64,000 nt of DNA. It comes from the human T2T-CHM13v2.0 reference genome, Homo sapiens. The stretch lies in the NCBI RefSeq assembly GCF_009914755.1, contig NC_060931.1; one strand, 5' to 3'. The notes below the pieces were generated by a model. It worked only from the letters and a program-made list of their open reading frames with translations, searched no databases and had not been told where the DNA came from. Positions within the stretch are counted from its first letter, which is position 1, and every line of letters starts with the position of its first letter. Shown here one piece after another: positions 28,875 through 41,799 of the stretch. A program made the translations under genes and the position numbers.

Positions 28875-29835
28875 TTTTTAACTATTTTAAGTTCAGGGGT
28901 ACATGTGCAGGTTTGTTACATAGGTAAACTTGTGTCATGGGGGTTTGTTTTACAGATTATTTCATTACCCAGGTATTAAGCCTAGTACTCATTAGTCATT
29001 TTTCTTGATCCTCTCGCTCTTCCCACCCTCCACCCTCTGATGGGCCCCAGTGTGTGTGTTGTCCCCCTCTATGTGTCCATGTGTTCTCATCATTTAGCTC
29101 CCACTTTTTTTTTTTTTTTTGAGACAGAGTCTCGCTCTGTCACCCAGGCTGGAGTGCAGTGGCGCAATCTCGGCTCACTGCAAGCTCTGCCTCCCCAGAA
29201 CTGCAAGTTCACACCATTCTCCTGCCTCAGCCTCCCCAGAAACTGGGACTACAGGCACAGGCCACCACGCCTGGCTAATTTTCTTGTATTTTTAGTAGAG
29301 ACGGGGTTTCACTGTGTTAGCCAGGATGGTCTCGATCTCCTGACCTTGTGATCCTCCCACCTTGGCCTCCCAGTGCTGGGATTACAGGCATGAGCCACCA
29401 CACCCGGCCTTAGCTCCCACTTTTAAGTGCGAACATGCAATATTTGGTTTTCTGTGCCTGTTGTAAAAAAGGAATGCTTATACACTGTGATGAAAGTGTA
29501 TTAATTAGTTCAACCATTGTGGAAGACAGTGTGGCAATTCCTCATAGACCTAAAGGCAGAAATACCATTCGACCCAGCAATCCCATTACTGAGTATATAC
29601 CCAAAGGAATATAAATCATTCTATTATAAAGACATATGTACAGGTAAGTTAATTGCAACACTATTCACAATAGCAAAGACATGGAATAAACCTAAATGCC
29701 CATCAGTGATAGATTGGATAAAGAAAATGTGGTACATATACACCATAGAATACTATGCACCATAAAAAAGAATGACATTATGTTCTTTGCAGGGACATGG
29801 ATGGAGATGGAGTCCACTATATTTAGTAAACTAAC
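28875..29835 (-). mobile_element. L1PA13-16-type 3' fragment with 5' inversion (minus part 28875-29462, plus part 29463-29835), containing an Alu
   Basis: Antisense 3'UTR ends at tggttttctgtgcctg; sense segment encodes ORF2 C-terminus (WKTVWQFLIDLKAEIPFDPAIPLL) and stops at agtaaactaac, adjacent in the consensus to the antisense part. Confidence 0.85.
29105..29409 (-). mobile_element. AluY-like element inside the L1 3' UTR
   Basis: Full antisense Alu; exact 15-bp TSD ttagctcccactttt (29094-29108 / 29410-29424). Confidence 0.95.
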
Positions 29836-30274
29836 ATGTTTCGTTAATTTATTTTTTAGACTCCATTTATGGTAGCCCAAGCATCGTTTTAATCTAAAGC
29901 CTAGCTCAGGTGTTTGTCACACATGGAGTGGCATAGATCTTGCTTCATCTGGGCCCTAAATATCTGGCCTCTGCTGAGTGTAGTCCTGGAACTCAGCAAA
30001 TCTGAATATAGTGTGACACACCTCACCACCCTCTGCCACCTCTCAAAATGTGTGTGTGCGTGCACACACATGTGTGTTCTGGTCTAGTCTATGTTTTGGT
30101 TTTCTAATTTGTGTCTCTTAATTTTGAGTTTAACTTTGTGTTCTTATCATGTTCACAATAATCTTTTTTTCTGTCCTTGGCCTGTGATTGATGGGGTTTC
30201 CCTCTGAAATCACAATACTATGAAAAGAAATACGATTATTCTATTGTTACTATGCCACCATTTTCATTTTAATC

Positions 30275-30394
30275 TGGGCTTCTTCAATTACCTGCAGTAC
30301 TAGAATCTTAGTGGAGCCTAGGATTCTACCCTTCTAACAAGCTCCCAGCTAATATCCACTCGCTAGTCCATGTTTCACACTTTGAATAATAATG
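30275..30394. mobile_element. MER5A/B hAT-Charlie MITE fragment
   Basis: agaatcttagtggagcctaggattctacccttctaacaagctcccag...cacactttgaataa. Confidence 0.6.
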
Positions 30395-33300
30395 CTTTAA
30401 ACAGCTACACTGTTTTCTCACAGTGATGAAGTGGACAATTACAACATTCTGCTTACTTTGTCCAAATGTGACCAACAGTTCAACATAAGCTCCACATTTT
30501 CTGGGATTCAAGTTTTTCTCTGCCTCGAAGTCAGTATTTTAGGAAAGAGAGAGTGGGATTCTGTTCATTCAAATATTAATTTTGAGGCAATTGATAGCAG
30601 ACATATTTTCATCTCTGTTCTTTGAAGTTTAAATAAATTTAGCTTCATTAAACAGCAAAAATATAAATTATCATGGATAATGAATTGGAAATTGGAGTTT
30701 AGGTATAAAACATCCCAGGTTATGATTAGCACATGCCCACTAACAAAGCATTTCTCCATATTTTAGTGGTCTACTTCAAAAAATATCCTTAATTTCATAT
30801 AAAGCTTATTTGAGGAAAATAGTGTATTTCTGCCCTCTTATTTCTACATCTTCACAACAGAAATTTGTATTTTAAAATATCATTATAAGATTTGCAGGAC
30901 TAAGCATATTTTTTCCAGCTGTCTGCAATGAAATCAGTGTCTTCCATTAGTATAAAACCCTCAACAATTATTTACATTTTAAAGTAAAAGTCCTCGTTCT
31001 GAATGCCAAAGATGATTTTCACTTGTGAATATTTGCTGATAGTCTACCCATCCCTTAAATAACCCATGGCGGTTCTACCTTTGTATTTGTCTTATTTGTG
31101 TGGTAGGATCATACACTTGATGTTCTTGTTAAAGCAACTGTATTTTAATTGCCAGAAGAAATGCCAAACAGAATGGAAAAAGAGAAAAGTTGTGACTGCT
31201 TACATTTCAAGCACATTGCATCCTAAAAAAAAAGCTACCAATTTGCTCTCATATAGTAAGTTTACATTATAAGTATATAATAAAAAATAAAATATATATG
31301 ATGCCTAAAACTATTTTCCTATTAGACAAAGTCTGATATTTTCGTAAGGAGTAGTAATTTATATAATAAAATGACCTTGAAAAATTCCACCAGTGTAATT
31401 TATAGAAACAAACAAGTCTTCTTTCAGCATTAGTCATACAGTGACATTGAAAACTCTTTGGCTTATATAAACATATTCATTGTATTCATTAAAGTAAAAT
31501 TCCATTCCCTTTTATTCTCAGTTCCATATGTCTCTTCTTCACTACCAAGTCAGTGATGCAGCACAGAATCTTGCCCCAAATACATATTTGCTTTTTTTGG
31601 ATTCTTCCTTGCACTGTGTCATAGAACAGCTGGTCAAGTATAGCTGCCTTCTGTGGCTGTAATTCTATCCCTCGGGGATATTGCCTCCTATTTTTATACA
31701 AAAGAATATTATTTTTCTTTAGAGTTCTAAAATAATCAACATTATAAAAATCATTGGAGAAATGTGATAATTAGAAAAACATTGCTGGAGGAGACTATTG
31801 AATAGATAATTTCATGACAGCATTAAAAATGGGCTTTCTTTCTGCTCAGAATTTATAGTCAGTCATAATTTTTAAAAATACCAAGTTGGGCATTCCTCTT
31901 ACTAGTTTTTTCAGATAATTAGGATTATTTAATTATAAATATTATATACTTTATAAATTCAGAAATAACACATTAGAATGTCAGTGTTTGTGCATAAGAA
32001 GGAACACATTGGTAGACTGGAGGTGATGAACAAAGGGAAAAAAGACAAAGATGTTATTTGTGAATAGTTGGGCATATTTAAATATTTAATGAAGTACACT
32101 TTGAAATTGTCCTAGTGTGTGTATTTCTTGAAATATTTTTAGCAATATATAATTGCTAGTTGAATACTTTTTCTGGATGAAATTTTGAGTTTGTTGTGCA
32201 TAGGCCAAAATAAGCACTTTCCACTACTATCTTGGAAACTAATTTCCTTGAAACTCTCACTTTGTTGCATAAAGTAAATTCTATTTGTATTAAATTGTGA
32301 TTTTTTCAAAACACAGATATAAAATGGGAATATTAGAAGAAAAAAGATGAATTAAATCAGGTAACATTAGCCCCAAATCAGTAACATTTAGAATTTATGC
32401 CCAGCAAAATTTTTATTTTCTTTTCAAAGCTTTGATATTTCAAAATATGTGTCATTTAAGTATTCTATTTTCTGCATTCAGGACTACAATAATATACAAA
32501 GGCTACAGTTTACATTACATAGGCCAATCGAAATGATAATTATCAGCCTTTTAAACTATAGGGAACTTAAAAATGCCTGAAGTTTTCTCTTTTCATAATA
32601 CTTTTGCAAAGTGGTCTGTTTTGAAAAGAGATGCATGATCCATAGCTATACTTGATGCGGCTTGCTCAACCCAATTTAATAAAAGCCGAAGGGAAAGAGG
32701 TAGAGATAGAGAAAGACCACCTAAGCCAGAATTCTACAAAATTCTGTGTGATGCCCCTGGAATAAATTGTGTGGGAAGCCTGTGTGCCCAAGTCCTCAGA
32801 AGAAAAAGCCTTTGTTGATTTATGACCGTACAGCATACACACAAAAATAACTGAAGTGTCATTATAGGATACAGATAAATAAGAGTAGGGGTTGTTGCCC
32901 ACCAATATTTCGTAGGAAGAATCATGATTAGAGCACCAAAAGCAATCCAGCATCTTGAACTATACAAAATGAAAGTTGAATCAGAAAGCATCAGAGCAAG
33001 CAGCACCACAAACTCATTCTTCCTGTTTGAAGGTATGAATGTGGGCAACTTTTGTGACAATTCTGGAATAACAGAGCTCTGAAAATGTGTTTCTGAACAC
33101 AATCTGACAAACAGTATTTACCACATGAACAAACTTTTCATAGACGTTTTGCAGGAAGTATTTACTTCAATGAAAAACACTTTCCCCCCAGGCACTAGAT
33201 CTGAAAATTCAAAATGTAATAAATCCCCAAATTTAAAACACCCTTAGTCTCTTTCCATTTAGTTACTTTGAAAAAAAGAAAGACAAAACATATTTGAAAA

Positions 33301-33564
33301 ACTTAAGAGAAAAAAATGAAGTGGAAAGCATGAAGGGCAGCAGGTTTCATCTACAGAAATCAAAAAGCGGAAATACAGCCACTAGAAGAGAGTTACAACT
33401 CCATCTCAAGCAATCAACCTCAGCAAAATAAGGGTTAAGATAGATTTCTAATAATATATATCAACTTTTGGAAACAGTTTATATAAAGTTATCTCTCTTA
33501 AATAAATATTTTAATGATCTTTCTAGTAAAGAAAATTGTTTTAATATTTTCTCTTCTGTTCTAG

Positions 33565-33877
33565 AGCTGTGCTGTATCATAGCCACTAGCCATATGTGGC
33601 TTTTTAGCACTTTAAATGTAGCTGGCTTGAATTGAGATTTACCGCAGGTATAAAATACACACCTATTTCAAAGACTTAGTACAAAAAATAAAATATATTA
33701 TTAACATTTTATAAGGATTACATGGTGAAACTATATCTTTATATATTGATTTAATTAGACATTATTGAAATCAATGTCACTAGTTTCATTGTACTTCTAT
33801 AATGTGGTAATCAAAAATTTAAAATTACAACATGGCTAACATTTGCAGCCCAGGTTATATTACTATTGGACAATGCT
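33565..33877. mobile_element. MER33 (hAT-Charlie)
   Basis: gctgtgctgt...tagccactagccatatgtggct...caaagacttagtac...ctattggacaatgct. Confidence 0.85.
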
Positions 33878-34676
33878 ATTGTTGTGACCAAGAGGACTGG
33901 AAAGATTATCACATACAAAAGTGGGATCCCTGCCTAAATTTTGCTTTGATAAAATTCAGTTCCTTTACATAGACATTGTCATACAATCATAGACGTATAT
34001 GTGCATTCACCTCTTAGGGGTAGGAACAATTTTTTTAAATGATTAAATAAAATATAATTATTCAATATTTTCTTTCTATTATTAAACAACTGAGACATAA
34101 AAGAAAGATACAGATATTCCATTCACGGAGTATATATTTTAGAAGAAAAGAAAGAAAATTACAAATTTAATTACAGAATTAATTACAGATATTAACTAAG
34201 TTTGATGCAACAGTGAAGCATCAGGTCTGTGTGTTCTAGATATGAGGGAAACCTGACCTAGTAAACAAGTCTCTTGGGTTACCAAAGACAATATTCTGAA
34301 TTTAAAAGATACTAATTTTTTTAATGAAAGTGGGAAAAATAGATTATTTCATTTTAAATATTATCAAAAAAGTTTTTGGTCAGTGAGGTTAGCTTCAATT
34401 TAACATGCCATATTTCAGGAATTTTAAAAGCCGTGAAGAAAAATACAGCAAGTGCTTGTGACCAACCAGATACTGGGTTTTAACGTTGTTTTTGTTTATA
34501 TTTTAATGATGAAATCTGATTTATTTAATAGAAGTCATCATAAACAGTATAAAATATAAATATGCTTATCTGGGAAAGATCTCCAAAAAGGATGTGATTT
34601 TGAGAGGAGCAAAATAATCTCTAGTAAAAAAGAGTATTATCACTGTAAGCATTTGATCTTTAAAATAAACAATATA

Positions 34677-34985
<309 letters not shown>

Positions 34986-35004
34986 AATAAATAATGTAAA
35001 ATGA

Positions 35005-35200
35005 GTAATTAATATATGCCAGCATTTGTGGCATATGCTTTAGACAAAGTGTCTAATTTAACAATCTCAATAATTTTATACATTGTATATATTTCTCATT
35101 TTTTAGTTTCAAATACTGAAGTTCAGTAAGATTGTGAACTTACCTATGTTTATACAACCAATAATTAGCACCAAGGTTTACTGTAACTGATTCAAAAGTA
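35005..35200 (-). mobile_element. MIR fragment
   Basis: tatatgccagcatttgtg...aatactgaagttcagtaagattgtgaacttaccta. Confidence 0.5.
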
Positions 35201-35494
35201 TAAGCACATAAGTAAGGAACTGGCTTTTGATAATGTTAACATGTGTTTTTCATATGTTGAAAGAACAATCAAAATAAATAAGTATTGGATATGTTAAGGA
35301 AAATTATAAATCTTATCTCAAAGGTGATAGCATATAGCCAAAGCTTGATAAAACCTATTTTGCCTGAGCATAGTAGCCATGCAATCTAGAAAAATAAATA
35401 ATATTATATTTCTTTATAGATTTTATACCTTCATTTTGCCTTTCAGGTAATACTAAAGATAAACATTTTTTTTCCGGTCTGGTGAAAATCACAA

Positions 35495-35800
35495 TTTTTT
35501 TTTTTTTTTTTTTTTTTTTGAGACAGAGTCTCGCTCTGTCTCTCAGGCTGGAGTACAATGGCGTGATCTCGGCTCACTGCAAGCTCCGCCCCCTGGGTTC
35601 ACGCCATTCTCCTGCCTCAGCCTCCCGAGTATCTTGAACTACAAGCGCCCACCACAATGCCCGGCTAATTTTTTGTATATTTAGTAGAGACGGGGTTTCA
35701 CCGTGTTAACCAGGATGGTCTCGATCTCCTGACCTAGTGATCCACCCGCCTCAGCCTCCCAAAGTGCTGGGATTACAGGCTTGAGCCACCGTGCCCGGCC
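35495..35800 (-). mobile_element. AluY, full length
   Basis: T tail; ctgcaagctccgcc, ttcacgccattc, caggatggtctcgatctcctgacc. Confidence 0.95.
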
Positions 35801-36369
35801 TCAGACAAAATTTTTACAGTAGAATTTCACAGATTCATTTGACCAAATTGTTAATATTATGGTAATGAACTGCATTCCTTTCAATTTTGCAAATCACGTT
35901 TAACTATGCATTGCTAATGAGCAACAGCACATTGGAAAGATAATATATTGCAATTTAATATGAATAAGCCATGTTTTATATATATTAACATCTGTTTCCA
36001 AATGTTGTCTATTGGCCTATTTTTTCACATATGATGACCAATTTTTCTTTACCCAAATAAGATGATCATTACCTCTTCAGAATTCCTAAAGGCTTTTATC
36101 TATATTAATTTCATTATAGGCGTGTTTTTCCCATGTATTATATTTGTATATCTCTTTACTATTTTGTACTAAACTGTAAACTAAAACTACTAAACTGCAG
36201 GAAATAGTAAAGATAATATGGATGGGCCAGTAGTATGGATGAGCCAGTGATCAATGAGTTAACAATAGGTCAATGTCTTAATACATATCACTATGTATTA
36301 AGTATAGACAATGGCTTTTGTTACATAGATGAATGGCTTTCAATACATGTTAATTACACAAATTATTGG

Positions 36370-36500
36370 CAATTCATTCATTTAAAAATAGTATTTACAC
36401 TGTAGAAGGCATTATTCTAAGCATTGAATATAAAAGTAAAAAAAGGAATAAAATATAAAATCTCAGTGATATAAAATGGCTTATCTAGTCAGTGGATATT
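36370..36500 (-). mobile_element. L2 3' end fragment
   Basis: attcattcatttaaaaatagtattta...aggcattattctaagcattgaa. Confidence 0.5.
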
Positions 36501-37264
36501 AAAGAATTAATATAACAAAGGTATTATATATAAACTTAATGTGTAATATATTAAATATATTTAATACATATATTAAACTTCTAGGAAAACAAGGGGTCAA
36601 ATTTTCCCTTGTGCAATAGGCTGATTTATCATCTGTCCTATAGAGAAGAAGTGATTAATGACTTTATTGGTCTGGGTTATAGTGAATCACTTTTTCAATG
36701 TATTGTTGGACAGTGTGGTTACTAAAGATGAGTGTGTGAACTAGAATTTTAGTTAATGCTGAAATAGTATTATTTTGCTCATGCCTCTCAGAGTTTTAAA
36801 AAACACAGTAGAAATAATTGAAAAGTGTCAGTGATGCAATCAAAAATTTATTGAAGATATTTGCCACTTCTAATTGATTAATCAAGTTCTGGTTTTCTAG
36901 TACTTAAACAAAATAAATCACTTCATTTATCTAAGAGTGAGATAACTCAGTAATTGTAAAATAAAAGTATACATTGATAAGTCTCTGAGTTTTAGGGGGA
37001 CTTGTAACACATGGTATTGTTGCTAAATTCCCTAATATGAAGAAAAACCAATGAAAAGACTGAGAATAAAAGTTTAAAGAAGAGGAAGAAATAGAAATGT
37101 AAAAATCGAGAATGGCAAAAGTTTGTAAAAAGTGTTTTTTCTTTGTGGAAATCTTTTTTTCTTCAAGCTTTTTCATTTCCTTAATTTTCAATAAAGCAAA
37201 CTTTCTAGTTTTCTTCATAGTCTACTCAGAATTATTCAATAAATACATAATAAATGTCTTTTAA

Positions 37265-37470
37265 TAAGTAACATGTGTACTTATATATCAGACATGTTAA
37301 AATATTACATTATTTAATATCCAAACATATATATTAAGTAAAGATTCACCCTTATATAAATTGGGACACTGAATTCCATCCAGACAGTTTAAGTAATGTG
37401 CTTGTGGTCACATGATTGTGGTAAAAATGGAACTGAATGAAAGGTCAGTTTACTCCAAAAGCCTCAATCT
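37265..37470 (-). mobile_element. MIR fragment
   Basis: gggacactgaattcc...tttaagtaatgtgcttgtggtcacatga...tttactccaaaagcc. Confidence 0.55.
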
Positions 37471-37645
37471 AAATGTTACACAGAGATTATACTTGTTTCA
37501 GGCATTAAACTGGAACTAGATCAATCATATATTTACCCATTATTTATTTTTTGTTCCCCTTTATCAAAAGATAACTTCTGGATTACAGATGTATAAAACG
37601 TTGACTGGCAATATAGAATGCCTGGAATAGATATTTGTGGTAAGA

Positions 37646-37910
37646 AAGCAAGGAAGGAAAGAGGGAGAGGGAGAGAGAGAGAAAAAAACAAACGGAGGAA
37701 GGAAGGAAGGAAGGACGGAAGGGAGAGAGGGAGGGAGGGAGGGAGGAAGGAAGGAAGGAAGGACGGAAGGGAGAGAGGGAGGGAGGGAGGAAGGAAGGAA
37801 GGAAGGAAGAAGGAAGGAAGGAAAGGAGGGAGGGAGGAGAAGGAGGAAAAGAAAAGAAAAGTGAGGAAAGGAGGGTGGGTGGTTGGGAGGAGGATAGGGA
37901 GGAATGAAGG
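37646..37910 (+). repeat. Polypurine (GGAA)n/(GGGA)n tract with a perfect 48-bp tandem duplication
   Basis: ggaggaaggaaggaaggaaggacggaagggagagagggagggagggag at 37694-37741 and 37742-37789. Confidence 0.95.
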
Positions 37911-38209
37911 TTGGTTCTGACTCAGGTTCTAATTTTCTAACTGCATGTTTCCCATCTCTCTTTTACTGGTCCCATGTCCTATGCCTAAGTATCACAGGGC
38001 TGGGAAATGACTACTTAGTTGCTTTAAAAATGTGTAGCTGACTAATATGAATAAAAGCCAATGAAAACACAAAATAAAAGTTTAGACTTAGAAGAGTTAA
38101 GAAATAGAAATGTAAATGAAACTATAAAGATAGCTTTATTCTTCTACTTAATAGTGGACTTGCATTACTTAGAAGATACAGTTCTAGCTTTTTATTATGT
38201 CATGTAGAC

Positions 38210-38602
38210 AAATCCCTTTGCAATTTGGTTCTGTCTCATTTCTCTCAAACCACATTAGTGATTCCAGTAAGCTTGAGATTCTGACCTCTTCTAGCTGACT
38301 ATTACAAACTGATGACACATGCTTTGACATGCATATGATATTCTTTATTGAATGCCATTTTCTGTCTTTCTGCCTGCAAAACTTCTGCTCCTCTTTCAAC
38401 ACCCAGCTTAGTTATAACCTTCTTTGGGAAACCTCACAGCAGTATGCTCAATACTAAACTGTTGGCTCTGCAGGCCTTTAGATTGTTATTCCTACATGAA
38501 GAATCTGAATTGTATTATGTTTTATTCATCTTTAAAAATGCTGTAGCTAAGTTCCTAACATATAATATAGGTTCAATACAGTTTTGTGAATTATATGAAT
38601 AA
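38210..38602 (+). mobile_element. L2 3' end
   Basis: gaatgccattttc...ttattcatcttt...ggttcaatacagttttgtgaattatatgaat. Confidence 0.6.
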
Positions 38603-38637
38603 ATTATCTCCAGGATTTTTAAAAATGTTTCTAGGGT

Positions 38638-38955
<318 letters not shown>

Positions 38956-38970
38956 ACGTTGCTAGGGTGA

Positions 38971-39316
<346 letters not shown>

Positions 39317-39519
39317 TAATGCATCTCTCTTCCTTCAACTTATCCTACCTTCTACTATTGAACTGATATTTGCAGTGAGATTTAAAAAATAAAAACACTA
39401 CAGTAAAACTTCCTCATATTTTCTATGAAATAAGGACAAATGTTTCTATGAAGGAAGATAGAAATGTACACTTGTATTGTGGAGACTCACAAAGTAGAAT
39501 ACTGAATACTATATGTCAA

Positions 39520-39830
39520 GGAATATGAACAAAGTACAACTACATACAGTAAAACTCATTATAGAAAAACTGGTGCACTTAATGTTGCACAAAAATGCCA
39601 GACATAAATAAATATGTATTTATAATTTCATTTATAGAAAGTTAACAGACAAACAAAATACATCTTTGGTGATGAAAATCAGCATGGTGGGTACCTTGAA
39701 GAGACAGAAGTTAAATTGTTTGAAGTGGGCCTGAAAAGACCTTCTGGAATGCTGGCAGTGTGGTTTACTGAGTTGAGTGCTTGGTAAATAGGTGGGTCCA
39801 GTTTAGGAAAATTTACTGCACTCTCACTAT
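39520..39830 (+). mobile_element. L1ME-type 3' end
   Basis: gccagacataaataaatatg...gaaaatcagcatggtgggtacctt...ttctggaatgctggcagtg. Confidence 0.6.
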
Positions 39831-39985
39831 ATTATGTATAATACATAATGTAATATAATATTAATATAGTATAAATAATATATAATATAAATAACATAAT
39901 ATACATACACATATTAATATATATCATATAATAGTACATATATTATGTATAATATATAATATATGATATATATTATATATATAAA
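39829..39985. repeat. AT-rich low-complexity (TA/TAA) tract
   Basis: tattatgtataatacataatgtaatataatattaatatag... Confidence 0.85.
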
Positions 39986-40261
39986 ATTTAAGCCCTTATT
40001 TTAAAAATATTATTCTTCCATCAGAGGATTACACTCCTTCCGCCGAAAGAAAAAATTGACAGAACAAAAAGTAAAAGTGGTCATCATGGTGGGCTTTAAC
40101 ACCTACTGTCTATCACAAGACATGTTGAAAAATGAGAAAAAATTGTTAATGATATAAAGATATGATGAACAGCACAGTTAAAAATTTGACCCAATTGACC
40201 TATTTGATATCTATCTATCTATCCATCTAATCTACTCATTTTTGGATAGATCTATAATCTA

Positions 40262-41510
40262 TCCAAAAAGTTCATCAAAAAATGTATATTAAGAGAAAAC
40301 CATGCATACATTTCAAAGTTTTACATGAGAATAAATTTTTAATAACTTTTTGTGACATATCCAAACAAAGTCTAGTTTGAGGCACTGAGAAGTATAAGAC
40401 GCCAGTTTGAAAAGAGCCCCTACTAGAGCAACATGAATTCTGCTAATATGGAAGCAAGAACAAGCATCAAATTTATGGCGAGGCTTGGGTGAAAAAATGG
40501 TGAAATCCTTGATGTTTTATGAAAGGTTTATGGGACCAATGCCCCTAAGAAATTATCAGTTTACAAATGTATAACTCATTTTAAGGAGGGATAAATGATG
40601 TTGAAGATGAAGCCTGCAGCAGCAGACTATCCACATCCATTTTCCAGGAAGAAAAGCCCTTAACTGAAGAGGACCAAGGATTAACAGCAGAAACAATAAC
40701 CAACACCATAGATATGTAAATTGGTTCAGCTTACACAATTCTGACTAAAAAATTAAAGTTAAAAAACATTTCCACTCAATGGATGCCAAAACCATTGCAT
40801 CCTGTGCAGACAAGAGCAGAGCTTTCAATGAAAATGTTTAAAACCTGGGATCAAAATCATGAAGCACCTCTTTGAAGAACTGTAGCAGGAGATAAAACAT
40901 GGTTTTACCAATATCATCCTGAAGACAGAGCAATCAAAGCAATAGCTACCAAGAGGTGGAAGTTGTGGTCCAGTCAAAGCAAAAGTGGACTGGTCAAGAG
41001 CAAAGGTCATGGCAACAGCCTTTTGAGAGGTTCAAGGCATTTTGCTTGTTGACTTTCTGGAGTTCCAAATAATAATAACATCTGCTTGTTTTGAGAGTCT
41101 TTTGAGAAACTCAGCCAAAACTTTAGCAGAAGAAAACCTCTTGGGAAAGCTCCACCACAGACTCCTTCCCCATTACAACATTGCTCCTGCTCCCTTCTCT
41201 CACCAAACAAGGGGAATTTTGTGAGAGTTTCAATTTGAAATCATTAGGTGCCCACTCTACAGTCATGATTTAGCTCCTTCTGACTTCTCTTTGTTTCTTA
41301 ATCTTAAAAAATCTGTAAAGGGCACCTATTTTTTCTTCAGTTGATAATGTAAAAAAGACCTCATTGACATAGTTAAATTCCCAGGGCCCTCGGTTCTTTG
41401 GAAATTGACTAAATGGCTGGTATCATTGCTTACCAAAGTTTCTTGACCTTAATGGAGCTTATGTTTGGAAATAAAGTTTATAGCTTTTATTTTTTAATTC
41501 CATTTTTGAA
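40262..41510 (+). mobile_element. HSMAR2 mariner transposon, near full length, with dead transposase (ATG 40433 to ~41474)
   Basis: MNSANMEARTSIKFMARLG*KNGE...; WMPKP (WVPKP motif); VAGDKTW; PHYNIA (catalytic D changed to Y); LYSHDLAPSDF; stops and frameshifts; TIRs eroded. Confidence 0.95.
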
Positions 41511-41527
41511 AATTTCCCACAAAAAAT

Positions 41528-41735
41528 CACACACACACACACATACACATGCACACACAGAGAGAGAGAGAGAGAGAACAGGAGAAAGAGCGAAAGCAGG
41601 AGAAAGAGAGAGCAGGAGACGGCGGAGGGGGGAAGGTTTATATTATAAGGAATTGACTCATGTGATTATGGAGGTTAAATTCCACAATCTGGCATCTACA
41701 AGCTATAGACAGAGAAAAAAAAGGGTTGTATAATT
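41528..41735 (-). mobile_element. (CA)n/(GA)n tract and MLT2-type LTR fragment
   Basis: tattataaggaattgactcatgtgattatggagg...tccacaatctggcatctacaagct. Confidence 0.65.
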
Positions 41736-41799
41736 TAACCGTCATAGATAAGTAGGCAGATAGATATAGATATGAATACAGATATAATGTATAGATAAT

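Noticed and set aside
31489-33102. 70-122 aa minus-strand ORFs in unique DNA
   Set aside because: No recognisable domain and no convincing paired splice sites; lengths are within chance expectation.
37618-37920. 100-aa Arg/Gly/Glu/Lys-rich ORF
   Set aside because: Translation of a GGAA/GGGA simple repeat, which lacks stop codons by composition.
40433-41474. Possible domesticated mariner transposase (SETMAR-like)
   Set aside because: It is HSMAR2, not HSMAR1, with an early stop, frameshifts and the second catalytic Asp mutated.
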